Shown: positions 50,056-64,000, counted from the stretch's first letter. The stretch: DNA of 64,000 bases from Guillardia theta CCMP2712 (GCF_000315625.1 NW_005434668.1:750533-814532), one strand, 5' to 3'. Made by a program: numbers and translations. Notes: generated by a model not told the origin, from the sequence alone.

Positions 50056-50846
50056 ATGCCCTTGAAGGCCCAATTACCTGCAAATGAGCGAAGCTCGTTG
50101 ATAATTCAAGCAGCGAAAGTTGGAGATGTCAGCAAACACTTGTGATTGCTCTTTTTTACTTTGTTTCGACCGCAGATATCGAAACTGATAGAGATGTGCG
50201 AAATTTCCATGGAAGAAGATATAGATGTTGTGGATTCCGAAGGAAGAAGTGCTCTTCATTATGCTGTTGAGAAAGGGTATGATTCATACCCGTGTTGCAA
50301 AGGACTCATGCAAACACACAGCGACATTCCTGCAGTTAATATTTTATTGCATTACAAGGCCTCACCAATGGTATACTGAATTCTTCCGAACAAGAGATGT
50401 CTTCCTAAGGTTTTGCTTCAGAGCGAAGACTCGTCAGGGTTTTCGCCACTCTCAATAGCCATCAAGAGCAAACAATTTGAACTGGCTGACATCTTGCGTT
50501 CACACGAAGCAAGTTCAAGACGAGTTGAAGAAGACCAAGTTTCCTTTCTTGATACGATGATGTCTTCAATCTCAGGAGGGTTGGAAAAGGTATACATGCA
50601 TCCTATGCTCTTCTAGACTGTTAGTAATGTTGAGGTAGGATGATAACTTGCTATGCGGAGCTATGTGCTGTGAGTATCTTCTCTTCGCATGTTTCAAACT
50701 TAATAGGTCGCAGGCTCCACTCAAAAATCACTTGTGGATGTCTCCAGGTCCACACTTGATACAAAAGACACAAGAAATGTACGATGCCCATGCATAACTT
50801 TATCACACTAACATGAACAATAGTATGCATATCAGAAATTTGCTTG
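50056..50846 (+). CDS. Small ankyrin-repeat protein
   Basis: LIIQAAKVGD|ISKLIEM...DVVDSEGRSALHYAVEKG|DIPAVNILLHYKASP|SEDSSGFSPLSIAIKSKQFELADIL. Confidence 0.8.
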
Positions 50847-50869
50847 AAAGAAACAATACATCATCCCAC

Positions 50870-53800
50870 TGTGATTATTCGACGACGCTGAAGAAACAAA
50901 TGTTCAGATAAACTCTAGGCTGACTTGTACTATAGAAGCTTTTCTTTGGCCTGCTGATTTTCTTGGTCTTTAAATGAATATCTTTTGATGATTGACTTGG
51001 ATTGTTCTAAAGAAATAACCTTCGAAAGAGCCAAATCCTCCACGAAAATGTTGTGAATATCCTCTGCTGTAAGCTGAGCTTCATCTCTGTTCATGAGGAA
51101 CACCACTTTGTACAGAAAATGAATGCTTTCGTTGTATTCGAGTTCAATCTGCGGGGGATGTCCTCGCCACTTCAATAAGTCTTTTTCCAAGTAAGAAATC
51201 TGAAACAATTAGTTCAGTACATCAGCACCAAGGAATTCTCTTGAATTACTCGTTTTCGCACATGCCCTTCATCGTCCCTTTCTAGAACTTCTCTGTCTAC
51301 GTACTGGAAACCAATTTTCAGGAGATAAATCTTCGTTGTCACCCAAAGCCCACCTTATATGCTAGCATCTCTTTGAGCTTTTGCTGACTTATTGGGACAT
51401 TGAGATCGTATCTCAATACCCAGTTATATTTGACAAGACTGTTCTTCGTTAGGCTTCGGAAATATCGTTTGAATCCAGCATGATGCACAACGAACCACAG
51501 ACTGAAGAAGAGGTGATAAGTACGACAGAAGACAAAACAAATCAATATGGCAAGCTGTACCAGAAAGTAAGGATAATTACAATTCCAGGAATCACCAAGA
51601 TTTTCCTTAGCGAGTCCATGTAACTTGGGATAAGGCTTGCTCCCTTTGAATCTATCATATTCTTTCCAAGTCTAGTCAATTTCTTGAATTTGTATCAAAC
51701 ACAACGCACATATTGGAGACCAAATATCCTATCAAAGATTTGCATGACAAAGTAGCCTGTTGGAACCAACATGTCACAACTTGCAACACTGACATTTGCT
51801 ATAAAAGAAATTACCCCCAAATAGTGTTTGTAGAATTGCAACGTGAGCAGTGGATTTGTCAAGATTTTTTTGAATCTCGGAAATCTGATGGTTGCTTGTT
51901 TGTATCGTTTCCACCAAGTTGCTTTGGTATGTTTCGGAGATGACAGTCGTCATCTTCTGAATGCTTGTAAGTTCAACAGAGGCTCCCTTGACATTTTTCC
52001 GAAGATCTGCTACTTTCCTATCAATGGCATCAGTTTCCGTTGAATATGTTAGAAGTAATGAACCTCTTCAATGACTGATGAAGTATCGATGAATTCAAAA
52101 GTGAATCCAAATTCTTGAGGCTTGGTTCATCACTTGGGCCCGTTAAAACACAGTGTTCGAGAGATTCTTCAATATATAGGAGGCATTCGTCTAAAAGAAT
52201 TACAGCTCTGTTGAGCAGAAACCAGTATTTCAGCAGAAAGTGCGCAACTTGATCGATCCATTCACCTTGACACCTCCGCCATAAGTTTTCTGACTGCTTG
52301 GATGCTATTCGGATCCTGCAATGACGGTAACTTGCAAAGTTTGACCAAATATACTAGACCTCGTCATAGTGATCAATCAGATGTCGAATTTTTCGTAATG
52401 CCTCGTCCATCAAGAAAATCCGAGCATAGAAATATTTTACAAAGCGTTCACGGCATATCATTGTGAGATAAGATATGAGCAATGGTTCAAAGCGGGAACA
52501 ACCACGTCCTGGATTGGACTCAGCGTCTCCTAAATTTCTCTCACTACCTGCCTGAGATTAATATTCCATTCCTTCCAACCACCATGACATCATCATCGGA
52601 TAGATTGTGTGCAGAATACGTGTCCCCAAGCACCTGAACCAAATATCAACCCTTTCTGTCTAATATCATCATCTCTTTTCCACCTGTTTCAATTCGCTTT
52701 CATGTTCACCAGCGTCAAGATATAGTTCTGCACTCATTTTCGGATTGATCATCTCTGATAATATCACGTTGAACTTGTCACCTAGCAATCAACACTCAGT
52801 CAACACTCAGTCAATAGGTTTATGTGAAGGCAAACAGCACTGCCATACGTGATGATCGATCTCCATAGAAAACAACATCAAGCATGCTCCTTTGATACTC
52901 CGACACCAGAGAATCAATGATTCTCGTTGAATCGTTTTGAACATCCATCATAAGCCTCGACAGCAGATCGAGGGATACATTGTCAGCTCCATGATCCATG
53001 ATTGCTTCAATCTGGAACTTGCAGTCATGGCTCAAGTGGAGCAATACATCGGCTACCTTCATGGCGTAGAGGACAAAACCATCTGTCCTCACATGAGTAC
53101 CGAAGTTTTCCACCTGAAAAATGTTTCAGGCAGGTCGAAAACAACCAATTGATTGTTCCTGCACTATGCCTTCATCTTCCGCAAAATGAATATCAGCCTC
53201 AAAGTTGACAAAGTTGAGAAGATCGAATTCGAGTATCCGAACTCCCGTCAGCCCAGGCGGGGTTTCAAGTCTTTCTTCCATAGGAAAACTATCAATAACG
53301 TCGGAGAAAAATCCGCCCTGGTAACAATCAATCAGTCTTTTTAGATGAGTAAGAATCGTTCTATTGCCTGAACACGATCCTGACAGCCTAACTTTTCCAT
53401 CAAAGATGCCAACGAATTATCTCCGAAGGGAACCCATTCGCCAATCAAGACTCGGACTTCTCCTAAACTTATCACCTGGACGATGCAAATCACACTTCGA
53501 AACCTATATATTCAGGTGACTGACCTCATTATATTCGTCTTTGATATCTGATTTTCCTGCTGCAGACTCATATGCTCTATGTGCATTACTTGTCATGCCA
53601 CGACCCCTGATGTGAAAGGTGAATCCACAAGTTATCAACCTAACAAGGACAGACCCTCTGCGAAGGCAGTCTGGTAGGTATGGACTTGAAACATATGACA
53701 CGTCCTCTGTCTCCGTAACTTTCGATGGAACGCTGTAAGATCGCTACAGTGCTACGTCATTGATCCTTGTAAGGAATGCTTTGAATATTTTACATCTTGC

Positions 53801-55072
53801 GTGTAAAAGATAAATCCCCTTCCTTCAATTCCCACATGCAGTACTTCCCCATCTGCAGTAAGGCAGAAACTTTGAAATGGTCACAACCTGGACAGTCTAT
53901 TTGCACATGCACCTGTTAACAGCATCCTGGGATGACTGGGTGAGTTTTCTCTTTAGCAACTTTTGTCCCTGTTGCAGAAATTAAGCGAGTCTCATTTCAA
54001 AAGCCTATTTTCAATAAACCTTGAATGACACTTGATAGCCAATGACCAGTCCATGATCAACAGTGCTCAACTTTATCGTGTTTATGAACCTCATTTCACG
54101 CCTGTGTATTGTCATATGAAGGCGAACTCACAACATGATTCTGTTACAAATCATCAAGATCATCTTTGCCTTCTTGCGATACATTCATCCATAATCTGAC
54201 ATTTCCTGCACAAGATGCTTTTAGCAACTGGATTCTTAGAGCGTGTCAGTGCACCGATAGTATTCGCACAAGAGGAGTAGTCATAATCTAGTACTCCAGT
54301 AATGATTCCTTCGTAAATCAAGACCAAGAGAGCATGCGATCTTATCCAAACATCTTGCTGAGACCAAGACAACAGTCAAATCATGGATGATAGCGTACTT
54401 CCAGTACATCATCATCATTGTCGGCAGGTTTCGAATACAGCGACACCAGATACAACAGCCTGGAACATTCAACAAGAGTTACATCCAAGTTTCTTCGTCC
54501 ACGATTTTCACCTTAGATGATTCTGAGTCACTTTATCATCGTAGAATTCATCGTCATTATCATTGGCCTCTTTGCTCGAGTCCGAGACCACAGGCAACTG
54601 AGCATCTCCCAGCTGTGTTGCATTATCGAGTGAAGCACAACAAGTGATTTACCATTCCGAACATTCCTTGCCGTGAGAATGCAGCTGACCATTGTTCAGA
54701 AGGTGACAAACTGATTTGTGCTGACAAAGAATTTAGCTTGTTCAAAGAACATGCCTATTGTACCATGTGCCATGATGGAGGAGTACTGCGCCAGTGATGC
54801 TGAGTTTGCGATCGAATCAACCGCAAGAACAGCATCTACATCTGATATTATCCTTTCCTCTTCGCTGTCACCCTGAAAATCTGTGAGATTGCAGCTACCG
54901 CCCGGCAGCATCGCTCTTATTGGCTCACATTCTCGAACTCGAACGGAGACACGTTGTTTTCGAAGCTCGCTGGTCTTCGCACTGAAGACCTCTTGCCATA
55001 CTTGCTGGCGATCGAACCTGTTCGCTTTCACCAGAGACTGAGAGGACAAGACTCGCCTCGCTCACCTTGCAT
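50870..55072 (-). CDS. Large intron-rich hypothetical (likely membrane) protein
   Basis: Same-strand exon fragments (54696-55049, 54160-54372, 52820-53113, 51339-51545 with hydrophobic LAILICFVFCRTYHLFFSLWFVV, 50930-51208) separated by short introns. No family recognised; may be more than one gene. Confidence 0.4.
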
Positions 55073-55476
55073 GCTGTCCTCCTCTCCCCTAGCTCAACTT
55101 CGTGTGCATGGCGGGAACAGCCGATCGTTGGGGCCTATGCCCTACTACGGTTGGATAACTAAAAGTCAGCATCTAATCAAATGTTTTAGTTATGTAGTCA
55201 CATGTTTTAGTCATTAATGGAGATGAGCGGGGATGAGGTCCGGGCAACAGCCAGCGGCATGTCCACCAAGGGACAAGCAGTAAGTGAAGCATGGAGGAGA
55301 GAGAGGAGAGGGAGGGGGGGGGGAGAGAGGAGAGGGACAGAGAGAGAGGGGGGGGGAAGGAAAGGGAGGGAGGGAGGGAGGGAGGGAGGGAGCGAGGGAG
55401 AGAGAGAGGAGTAAGAGGGGTGAGGGAATAACAAGGCAAGGAACTTACTCATTCTTCTCAGGCTATCACAGTTGCT

Positions 55477-56144
55477 GTGTACATCTCTGGCTTATCTGTG
55501 ATCCTACTATCAGTTCTTGCAAGGTGCTATTGTTCAGTACACTTTCGTTTCATAGCTGATCATGTTCGCCTAGTTTGGAGCCTCGTCGCGATGCTACAGT
55601 ATGTGTTTGTGTTGGCTGTTTTTTCCGTGTTTGAGTTTGAGATTCAGGAGCTCGCTTCAAAGCCCAAGGCGAAACGTGCATCGTTGCATAGTTTGAAGAC
55701 AGCAATTCATTCCAAGCAAAGCAAGTTGCAAAATCTTCACAATGAGGAGAATCCGACAATCTACACCATCTTCACAAGAGGGCACCGAGAGCGTTACGCT
55801 CCTCAGGACTATGGAAGTTACTATGGGCCGCAAGCATACTATGACGGTAACTCTGATAGGGTAAGAAGTCCCTGCCCTGACTTTCTTGCAAATAAGGGTA
55901 CTTCCGTGGAGGACAAGGGGACTCAACATCTCCAGGGATCGATGCTCGTGGTGTGAGGACCGTGGGACGACAGGGTCGAGGGCGTCATGTCTGGGCGTTT
56001 GCTTCACCGTACGACAAGTATGAGTTGTACCGCCAGCATGGAAACTACGTGAATGGAGTGTACAATTACTATGTCAGGTCAGCTGGCGCAGGCTCGTTTG
56101 CAAGACCACTGATTCTTGTTTGCGATACCCAGAACTGTCAATGA
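55477..56144 (+). CDS. Small hypothetical protein with hydrophobic N-terminus and Tyr/Gly-rich C-terminus
   Basis: YVFVLAVFSVF...YAPQDYGSYYGPQAYYDGNSDR|...YDKYELYRQHGNYVNGVYNYY. Confidence 0.45.
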
Positions 56145-56421
56145 AGATCAGCAGCAGGAAGTTTCAGACGCCATGGCTTGGCAGGTTCGCATGTGATTCA
56201 GTTGCCTAACTAGGCGCCTGATTTATTTTTCAGTACGATGCAGCTCAACAAGAATATAACAATTATCTCGCACAAGTGGGAGGTCGATAGAGTTAAACCA
56301 TCAGTTTTTTTATTAGCAGGGAAAGGTTTGCAATTCCAATCCAACCCCAAGATTGTAGATATAGCACGGCACGCTGCTCGTTCGTACTCGATTTTGGTCA
56401 AATAAAGAGAGTTAGCGCAGC

Positions 56422-58908
56422 TTACTCTGATGGCATAGACATTGTCTTCAAGAAGGTCAGGGCATCTGTCCGCTCCTTCTCCCTCCGGCGGTTGGACCAT
56501 CCCAATTCCTTCTGCATGATGTCAAGAACCCTTGGAAGAGCCTGGTCAATGCCGTCAGACCCTCACGAGAGGTATAGAGTGCAACCAGTTCAGCTGCGTG
56601 GGAGTCCAAGAAGGCAAGTCGTGTGCGTCTCGCAAGCACATCTACAGCAGTGCAGGCGTATTCCCACCTACAAGCAGCAGTCAGTGGATACAAGCAATCT
56701 CGTCGTTGCGCAAGATGATTGCTGCTTGTTCTACCTGCAAGCGAAGACAACCTCTGCTTCGAGCATGGGATACTTGGAATAGAGCTTAAGGTAGCGCAGG
56801 GTTTGGCCTTTCTCGTCCTTGTTGGGTCCCTGGAGGAGAAACAACCGTAAGGAGGCCTTCGAGCAAAAAGACACGGACCTTGGCATAATCCTTCGCCAGA
56901 TCTGCGACAATAAGCGCTCTTGTGCCATAGTTATGCATGAGGTGCTTTGCAACCATCTTGTCCATATCATATTTCTCACGCAGAGTGACAACAACCTTGC
57001 AGATCAAAGCCCTGTCAGCAGGAGCACGTCGCTAAAATTCAGCTTGCATACCTTGTCGAAATTCTTATTGCAGACTAACCCACCGCGATCAGTGCCAAGG
57101 AGAGTCAGCTTGTCTGTGCAGCAAGCACGTTGTGGTTCAAGTTCCTTGTTGATCTCAACCGCCTTATCCACTGCATCCTTGGCCATTCTCCGATATGTCG
57201 TCCACTTTCCACCGCAGATTGAGATGAGATTGCCCCTGACCACATCCACAACATGATCCCTTGCTAACTTCTTGGTGTCGTTAGGGTCAGCATTCGGCGC
57301 CTTCACCAGCGGTCTTAAGCCCGCCCATGCGGCACGTACATGGCTATAGTTCATCTGTCGAGACAGCGTACTGTTGCATTCACGCAGGATGAAATCAACC
57401 TCGTTGAGAGAGGAGGTCGGTGCCATGCTTGGCTTTTCTCTGATATCTGTAGTGCCAGCAATCGTGCTTCCTTCCCAAGGCAGCAAGTACAACACTCTTC
57501 CATCCTTCGTGAACCAAACGCAGCCCATGCTATCAGGAGAGAAATGATCTGGAAGGATAAGATGAGATCCCTTGGCCGGCACAATAATCTCTTGCACTTC
57601 TGGGTCTGCCATCTTGCGAACGGAATCAGTGAACGGCCCCGTCGCATTGATCACTTGTTTCGCCTTGATATCATAAGTCTGTCCGGTGAAAACGTCACGT
57701 ACTTTGGCGCCGGTGATCTTGTAGTTCTCATCTCCAGGTTTTCCAACCGAGTTGAGGCCAAGAACTTCAGTGTGATTCATGACCTGGGCGCCGGCTTGAG
57801 CGGCAGTGAGCGCAATGTACAAGTTCATGCGGGTATCGTTCTGTTGTCCATCATACAGCACAAGAGCTGCTTTGAGGCCTTCGCTCTTCAAATGTGGGAA
57901 CTGAAACAAAGCTTCTGCTTTGGAGATCAGGTGACTTTCAGGAACAACAGACTTGGTTCCTCCTACGGTGTCATACAACTTTCCTGACACCCAGAAGACA
58001 GGAACTTCCCACCAATGCCTCAATGGAATCATCATCGGGAGAGTCTTGGACATGAAAGGAGCGCTTTGCATCATAAAAGCTCTCTCATACAGATCACTCA
58101 TGACAACCTGCATCATGGAGTGATCGTAGTGCAGATTTGTGATCAGCTCCCATAGAGATCTCGGCGGAACCCTCTTCTGAAATGCCAGCGCGAGGTAGCG
58201 AATGCCTCCATGGATCAGTTTCGTGCTGCGGCTACTGGTACCCTGAAAGCAGAGTTGCAGAGCAGAGCATCAAGGTACAAGAAAGAGAAAGTACATAGTA
58301 TCCATTACCGAGGCGAAATCTTCTTGCTCAACCAGAGCAACCTTGAGACCTCTGGTCACAGCATCGAGAGCAACTCCACTGCCTGTGGCTCCACCACCGA
58401 TGACAAGGATGTCGTACTCCGTGCTCTTCAACTTCTCCTGAACAGACTTGCGATCGGGCGGAGTCCACGGGATGATTGCAGTCCCGTCTTCACATTGCAT
58501 GACAGTCAGACCGTTAGCATACTGCTTGGTTTCAGTAGCTGCCACTGGCAGCATGTTCTGAATCAGCGTCTTCCACCACTTTGGCCTTTGCACTGAGACG
58601 GAAGAGTCAGACTTGGAGCAGATCCCACCCAAAGAACAGAATATCTACTTTCGCTCTCAGTGGCGGCAGAGATCTGGCCATCGTCGGCTATGATATTCTG
58701 CAACCTGTCGAGTTTCTGCATCAGATTGATCTCCCTATTTCATCTGAATCTTACTTCTCGGATCTCTTGTAGGTCAACGAGTAATAGCCGTACCCAGTCG
58801 CTCCTATACCAGGTCATTGAACACACCTTTGCCAATAAATCTCTCACCAGCTGCTGAGGCCAGAAAAGCACCCGCTGCCAATCGAGCTTTTCCGAACTTT
58901 GTCTTCAT
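56422..58908 (-). CDS. GPD2: FAD-dependent glycerol-3-phosphate dehydrogenase (mitochondrial GPD2/GlpD type)
   Basis: Presequence-like MKTKFGKARLAAGAFLASAAG. YDILVIGGGATGSGVALDAVTRGLKVALVEQEDFAS|GTSSRSTKLIHGGIRYL, YDGQQNDTR, INATGPFTD, WAGLRPL, GGKWTTYR, DVLARRTRLAFLD, ELGWS...*. Confidence 0.93.
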
Positions 58909-59869
58909 CCTGCAGATATTAAGACTCAGCAAGGCCACCAATGACACTCCTTCTGTGTGACTGTTGTTGACCATCGACTTGGCGTGGAATTCGATGTACA
59001 CAATACGCCACTGACCTCACATTCCACGAATATCTGATTTCTGCCTGGCTTCTAACTTCTCTTGACGAACGAATCTATCTTTTGAAAGTCTTTACCTCCC
59101 TCCAACTCATACCGTGATGCGCAATGGCATGCAACTTGCCTCCCACACTTTGTCTTCCAGCCCTCGATCTTCCAAGTTCCCTCACCCCTTGCACATCTCA
59201 TACATCAGCTCGACCTGATCTTGCCCTCGGCATCTCATCCCATGCTCGTCCTGAGCTCTTTGTCGCATATTCTCTCTCCGTCCCCTCCCCTTCTTCCTCC
59301 TAACGTCCCATCGCTCGCTCCTCTCCTCGCTGCATCTTTCCAACCCCTTCGGTCCCTCATCCCCCCCCCGCAACATGTGGGTACTCCCGTTACAAAAAAA
59401 AAGCACCGTTACAGTGTAAAGCACTTTTGATACCCCTCATCCCCTTTTCAACCTGCAATGCCAGAACGGTTTGAATGAGCGTGTAGAGCGGTCAAGATGC
59501 AAAGCAAGGGGCGAGCGGGAGCGCTTGCCATGGTAGAGGAGAACAGCTTGATCTGAGAGGCTCTGTGGGACCCTCCAGCAGGGATGGTCATTGGACACAC
59601 ACCAGCTCAGCTCGGCGATGATCCTATCGTGCGGTTGCGGTTCGCGCCGCTCATGCCCTCTGCAACCAGAGCTGGTGAGATGACCGTGCGAGGACAAGAA
59701 TGAGGTGACGAGCATGCAGCAGGGCCTCAGAAACCCAGGGAGAAATACAAGGACCCGCCACGGATAAACGTAAAAAAGGAGGGAACTTAGGGAGAGGGTA
59801 CTGAGGACTGTCCTTTTGAACCGCAGCTTGAAGAGCGAGGACTTTCTACAGCTGATCTACGAGGTTGGA

Positions 59870-60539
59870 TGTTCTGCCTGCTCCTCTTCCAAGTTTAATG
59901 GTCTATATAGCCAGGGTAGCCCTCAAAGAACGAGAGAAAATCAGACCTCCAGACCCAGGTACTGTTGGTCGCTATCGCTCGTTTGCCTGTGCCTGGAAAT
60001 GCTCTTGACGACAACACTCTACCAGAAAAGCTCGGAGAGAAACTTGGACACAAGGAGGTGTGGCAGTTCTACCACCAGCACCCCAGCTGAGTCGATCGGC
60101 AGGCTGTTGCGGGATCTTCGAAGTTCAAGTACGACGAGAATCGATGGGCAAAGGTGACAAGTTGTGTTGGATGATCTGTCTTCTCATCTCTTGTCACAAC
60201 TTTTCCTCGCTCTGACTCATAGCAGGTCGTCACTGTTCGGACAGCCAACGGAGATGTTTGGCACAAGGAAAGATGTTGGTCACATTCTTGACGATGCTGA
60301 CATTATTATGGGGCAGATTCCCGATCCGAGAACTGGAGTTCTGTCGGACGATCCTTACAAGAATCCGTACCCGTGGTTCGGAAGAGCCTTTGATGTGCAA
60401 GGTCTTGATATGCAGCATTGGATTGCTGCTGTGCTCACCTGCGCTCATACCAGCCAAGTGGATCAAACAAGCTCGCGATTTTCAGAGAAAAGTCAATGAA
60501 AAGGTGAAGGCGCATGAAGATCTAGTTGGCGGACATTGA
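59870..60539 (+). CDS. Small hypothetical (possibly secreted) protein
   Basis: VLLVAIARLPVPGNALDD...|AVAGSSKFKYDENRWAK|...DDPYKNPYPWFGRAFDVQ|AKWIKQARDFQRKV...GGH*. Confidence 0.45.
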
Positions 60540-60576
60540 CAAGGGCCAAACAGGCACTTCAAACCAAGAATGAGAA

Positions 60577-63151
60577 GATGAAGAATAAGATTCAATGCGT
60601 CAAGGTTGCGAGATGATTCTTGAGGAGACGCAAGTCGCGATAAGAAGTGCTGCAGGATCGCGAAGCGAAACTGGTACAGAAGGAAACGACAGGAGCGATT
60701 ATTCGTCAGGCTCCCGCTAGGAGACGTCCCGTCCAAGGTTTGTTGATCAAGTCTTGAACTGGTCAAGGTGTTGATATCCCCTCAAGAAAAGACGATGAAA
60801 GTGAAACATGAGGCTCTTGCTGCCACTTGCAGTGGCCTGATCAGGTCCAACAGTGCGAATGTTCCTGCCCAGCTGACTCGATGCTACCAGTGCTGTTGGT
60901 GGCGATGCCGAGGCATCAAAGCTGTCAACGCAGGAGCCTCTTGTGATCATTGACGGCCCCGTTGCTCCTCCGAAATACGTCGGAGGTTTCGTCAAACAGA
61001 AAGAGCCCGAGAGATACAACATGTACAGGGTAGACAATCCTCTCGCTGCCGGTGAATCGAAATGCCGTCTTGAATTTGCTTCCTGCCGATTCTGAAATGA
61101 AGGGCTCTAGCAAAGAATGTAGATCCTGGAGAAAGGGCAAGGCGAGCAACAGCCTTCCTGCTGCTGAGCAAACCGAACAATTCTTGGTCGAGGCAAAGGT
61201 GAAACTTGTAGGAGCATTGCTGGGCAGAAGTGACTCTATGCGCAGGTCCCAAGATCTGGCTACAGAGATTGCAATCGTTTTAGGTGACTGAGTTGTAAGC
61301 TCATGCACGTTTCATCGAATGATCTTGACGCCTCAGAGCTGGAAGATTCGGGCGTTCAGATCGAGAGAGTGCTCAAGGAGACTGGGCAAAGTTCAGCAGC
61401 GGACAGCATCAAGATACAATTTTCCATCGGTCGATCCTGCGAGCAGGATGGATGCGTGGAAGATTCCTTTCTGGATCCAGAGTTCTTCTCGAATCTTCTC
61501 CTCTCCTTTGTATACGCGGTGAGAAGCAAGCACGGCGGAATAATGGCAGAAGAGAAAACCCGTTTCTCGAATCTGGTAGTGCACAAGGCACAAGGTTCCA
61601 GGAGAAAATATTTGAGCTGCTCTTTGCTGAATTTTCACGTCAGGACTGATGGAAATGATTGAAGGAATGCCACTCCTGTCGTGTGTTGTTGATGTAGAGG
61701 TCAAGGAGACGAAGAGAAAAGAGAGGGAACGATCGTTGGGCAAGTTTTCACAAGATCAAGAGGATACCAGAAGGTGCTGGGATGCCTTTTCTTGTCTTGT
61801 CGACTCGCCCTCTTCTTGATTTTATTGACTGCAGGAAGATTGTGGATTTGATCGTCCAGCATCAAGCGTACGAAGACGACACGCTGCTGATTCTCCTCCT
61901 TCAAGTACACAAACAATCGACTTGACAGACCACTTCGAATTCACTGACAGTCTGAGCTAGTTTGTTGGATACTACGGAGGAGATGACATGGTGCTGCAAG
62001 TTTTGATGGTATGCCATGATATTTTGATGGTTGCAAACATTTATACGAGCGCAAGAAATGCGTCGAGGAGTTTGCCTTGGGCGACAGATTTATTCAAGTC
62101 TTTGAGAAGATCTTTCTTCCTTTCGAACACGTTTCTCGAGGTCAGCAATATTGAGATTCGCAGTGGACCTCTGATAGCGTTGAATTGCCCTAGCATTGTA
62201 CGAGCTCGTCAAAGGCGTGCGATCGAAGGAGAAAGGCGGCAAGCATTTCGAAAACTTCCTCAATCAACTTCATGCCCTCCATGTGGAGTCAGAGGAGGCG
62301 TATCCTCTTAGGACACAGGTGATGCGATCGGGAAGGTGGGCGGAAGCTCAGTGGCTGCAGGTGGATGTGAGGGAGCACATCAACACATTTGTCGACTACC
62401 TGTCTCTGGTTGCTCACTGCATGTATTGCCACTGTGTATGACGAGTATCCCCTGGTCAAGAGCACCAAGTACGAGGAGAGCGTCTCGAGCTACCTCAGGT
62501 AAGGAAGTTGGTCAGCTGACATCTCCAATGTTCTGAGGCCTCAGCAGATACGCCGAGATTTCTCGAGTGGTCCAACAAGTCTCCAAGTTGGGAGATGAGC
62601 TCAGTGGCAAAGAACTGGGCGATGAGGAGAAAATATTCGAAGAGAACGTCAACAAGGTGACTATGACATGTCTGGTGCTGCTGCTCCCTCAATCCAACAT
62701 CAGGTGATTGTACTGATTGACAAACATTATGGAGACTACGTTGAGGACGCGAAGTCTTACACGCGCTTGTTTCATCTTGCCCTCCAGGTCATCCTTCCCT
62801 TGTTCAAAGGTCATCGTGACAAGTATTGGCAGAAAATGATAGAGCGATGGTCGCCATCAGAGAGAGAAGACGTGGCTGGTCATCGACCTTGTGCTGTCAT
62901 TTCTCCCTTGACAAGTTGACAGCCATCATCCTGCTTGGCTTCGAGCTGTTCTTTGCATCGGCAGCTGAATCCTGTGACGAGGAAGAACTGACGATCATGA
63001 CAAGAGAATATCTCAGCGAGATGGGGCTGGAAGATGAGATGGTGAGGGAAGTTGCTCTCCTCTATTCCTGATGGTCCTGTGACCTCAGATCAACCTTGCA
63101 TGCGGCGACATCGCTTCTTTCTTCGTCGATAGGAGACGAGTTGCTGCTTGA
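60577..63151 (+). CDS. Multi-exon alpha-helical hypothetical protein
   Basis: Consistent + strand exons (61052-61291, 61303-61640, KIVDLIVQHQAYEDDTLLILLLQ, 62196-62318, 62700-62870, 62920-63041). Start uncertain. Confidence 0.45.
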
Positions 63152-63437
63152 AGTCAATGCCATCAGTTGTTTGTTAGTAAAACTTCATCTGAGCCTGCCG
63201 CTCATCGTCTGCCAATCCGATGCAAAAGTTGAAATGGAAGTGAGAAGGAAATTCATTCGCAAGCGCTCAAGTTCTCTTGTTGTTTCCTCTAATAAAGAAC
63301 ATCAACTACCTGAAAATATAAAAAAACCGAAAAAAATTCATTTGCAACGATTTCCATTCTGTCACTTGTCAATGTTTTTATCTGCGCTGGGGGCGAAAGT
63401 GGGAGAGCAGGTCAGCGAAAGAGATGGAGCGGAGGGA

Positions 63438-64000
63438 ATGAGAGCGAGGAGGGACGCAGGAGAGCGTAGACGAGGAGAAGAGCAGGAGGAAGATGATGTA
63501 TGTTGATGTCCGTGACAGGTGTTGTCCCAGGTGAGTCGTCAGGATGACGGAACTGCGGGTGGACGACCTGGACCCAGGTAGAACAATAGGAGGAAGGAGG
63601 GAGCAGGATGGACGAGGATGAAGGATGAAGGATGATGGAGGATGAAGGATGATGGAGGATGAACGAGGACAGACGATGACAGGTGTGATTGCAGAAGACA
63701 GGATGATCTTCGACAAGTCTCCCTTCATACAGAAGCGCTTAGAGGACTGGCATTTCCGTGAAGTCCTCAACTTCTTCCAGACCAGGTTCTGTACACCATT
63801 GCTAGCCCTTGTGACTTATCCACGTCGTAGCGTCACAAATGACAAGAAGTGCATTCGCACCATTGTGGAGAGAGAAGTGGACGGGAAGCTGCTGTCTAGC
63901 ATGAACGATGAAGAGATGGCTGCAGCTCTGAACATGTCCCTGGTGCATGTCAAGAAATTCAGGATAAAACTGAAGAGAATTCAAGAAGTTTTCAGGTTTC
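63438..64000 (+). CDS. SAM-domain protein, 3'-truncated by the window edge
   Basis: LEDWHFREVLNFFQT|...KCIRTIVEREVDGKLLSSMNDEEMAAALNMSLVHVKKFRIKL matches the SAM pattern W-x3-V...IDGxxL-x2-L-x3-L...H. Confidence 0.7.

Noticed and set aside
52791-52812. Direct repeat TCAACACTCAG x2 as a possible target-site duplication
   Set aside because: The copies are adjacent with no intervening element; most simply a local slippage duplication in an intron.
58590-58632. Apparent N-myristoylation/palmitoylation start MGGICSK on glycerol-3-phosphate dehydrogenase
   Set aside because: The track's start codon is TTG and the segment is probably intronic. Upstream exons from the ATG at 58908 give a mitochondrial-type presequence.

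Overview
Gene-dense eukaryotic nuclear DNA with many very short (about 45-60 nt) GT-AG introns. The style resembles a cryptophyte alga such as Guillardia theta, but that is inference only. I reconstructed about 19 spliced genes by hand. Recognisable ones are a SNF1/CAMK-type kinase, a PARN/CAF1 deadenylase, a degenerate RING-H2 protein, a large secreted RCC1-repeat/GT61 glycosyltransferase, a ~4009-aa DNAH6-like axonemal dynein heavy chain, eIF2-alpha, UTP25/DIEXF, an ankyrin protein, FAD glycerol-3-phosphate dehydrogenase and a SAM-domain gene; several others are hypothetical. The main finding is a minus-strand gene (13275-10653) that the ORF track splits into pieces. Spliced across canonical in-frame introns, it encodes one SPX + C3HC4 RING + RWP-RK protein: a phosphate/inositol-pyrophosphate sensor, an NLA-type E3 ligase and a NIN/NLP-type DNA-binding domain in one chain. 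Other oddities: eIF2-alpha apparently fused to a ~160-aa unknown N-terminal domain, a lipoyl-like domain split by an insertion, a RAMA-like microprotein, and intergenic blocks with strand-polarised ACCCC motifs and CCGG/GGCC-rich palindromic islands. No rRNA, tRNA, CRISPR array or transposase was recognised.
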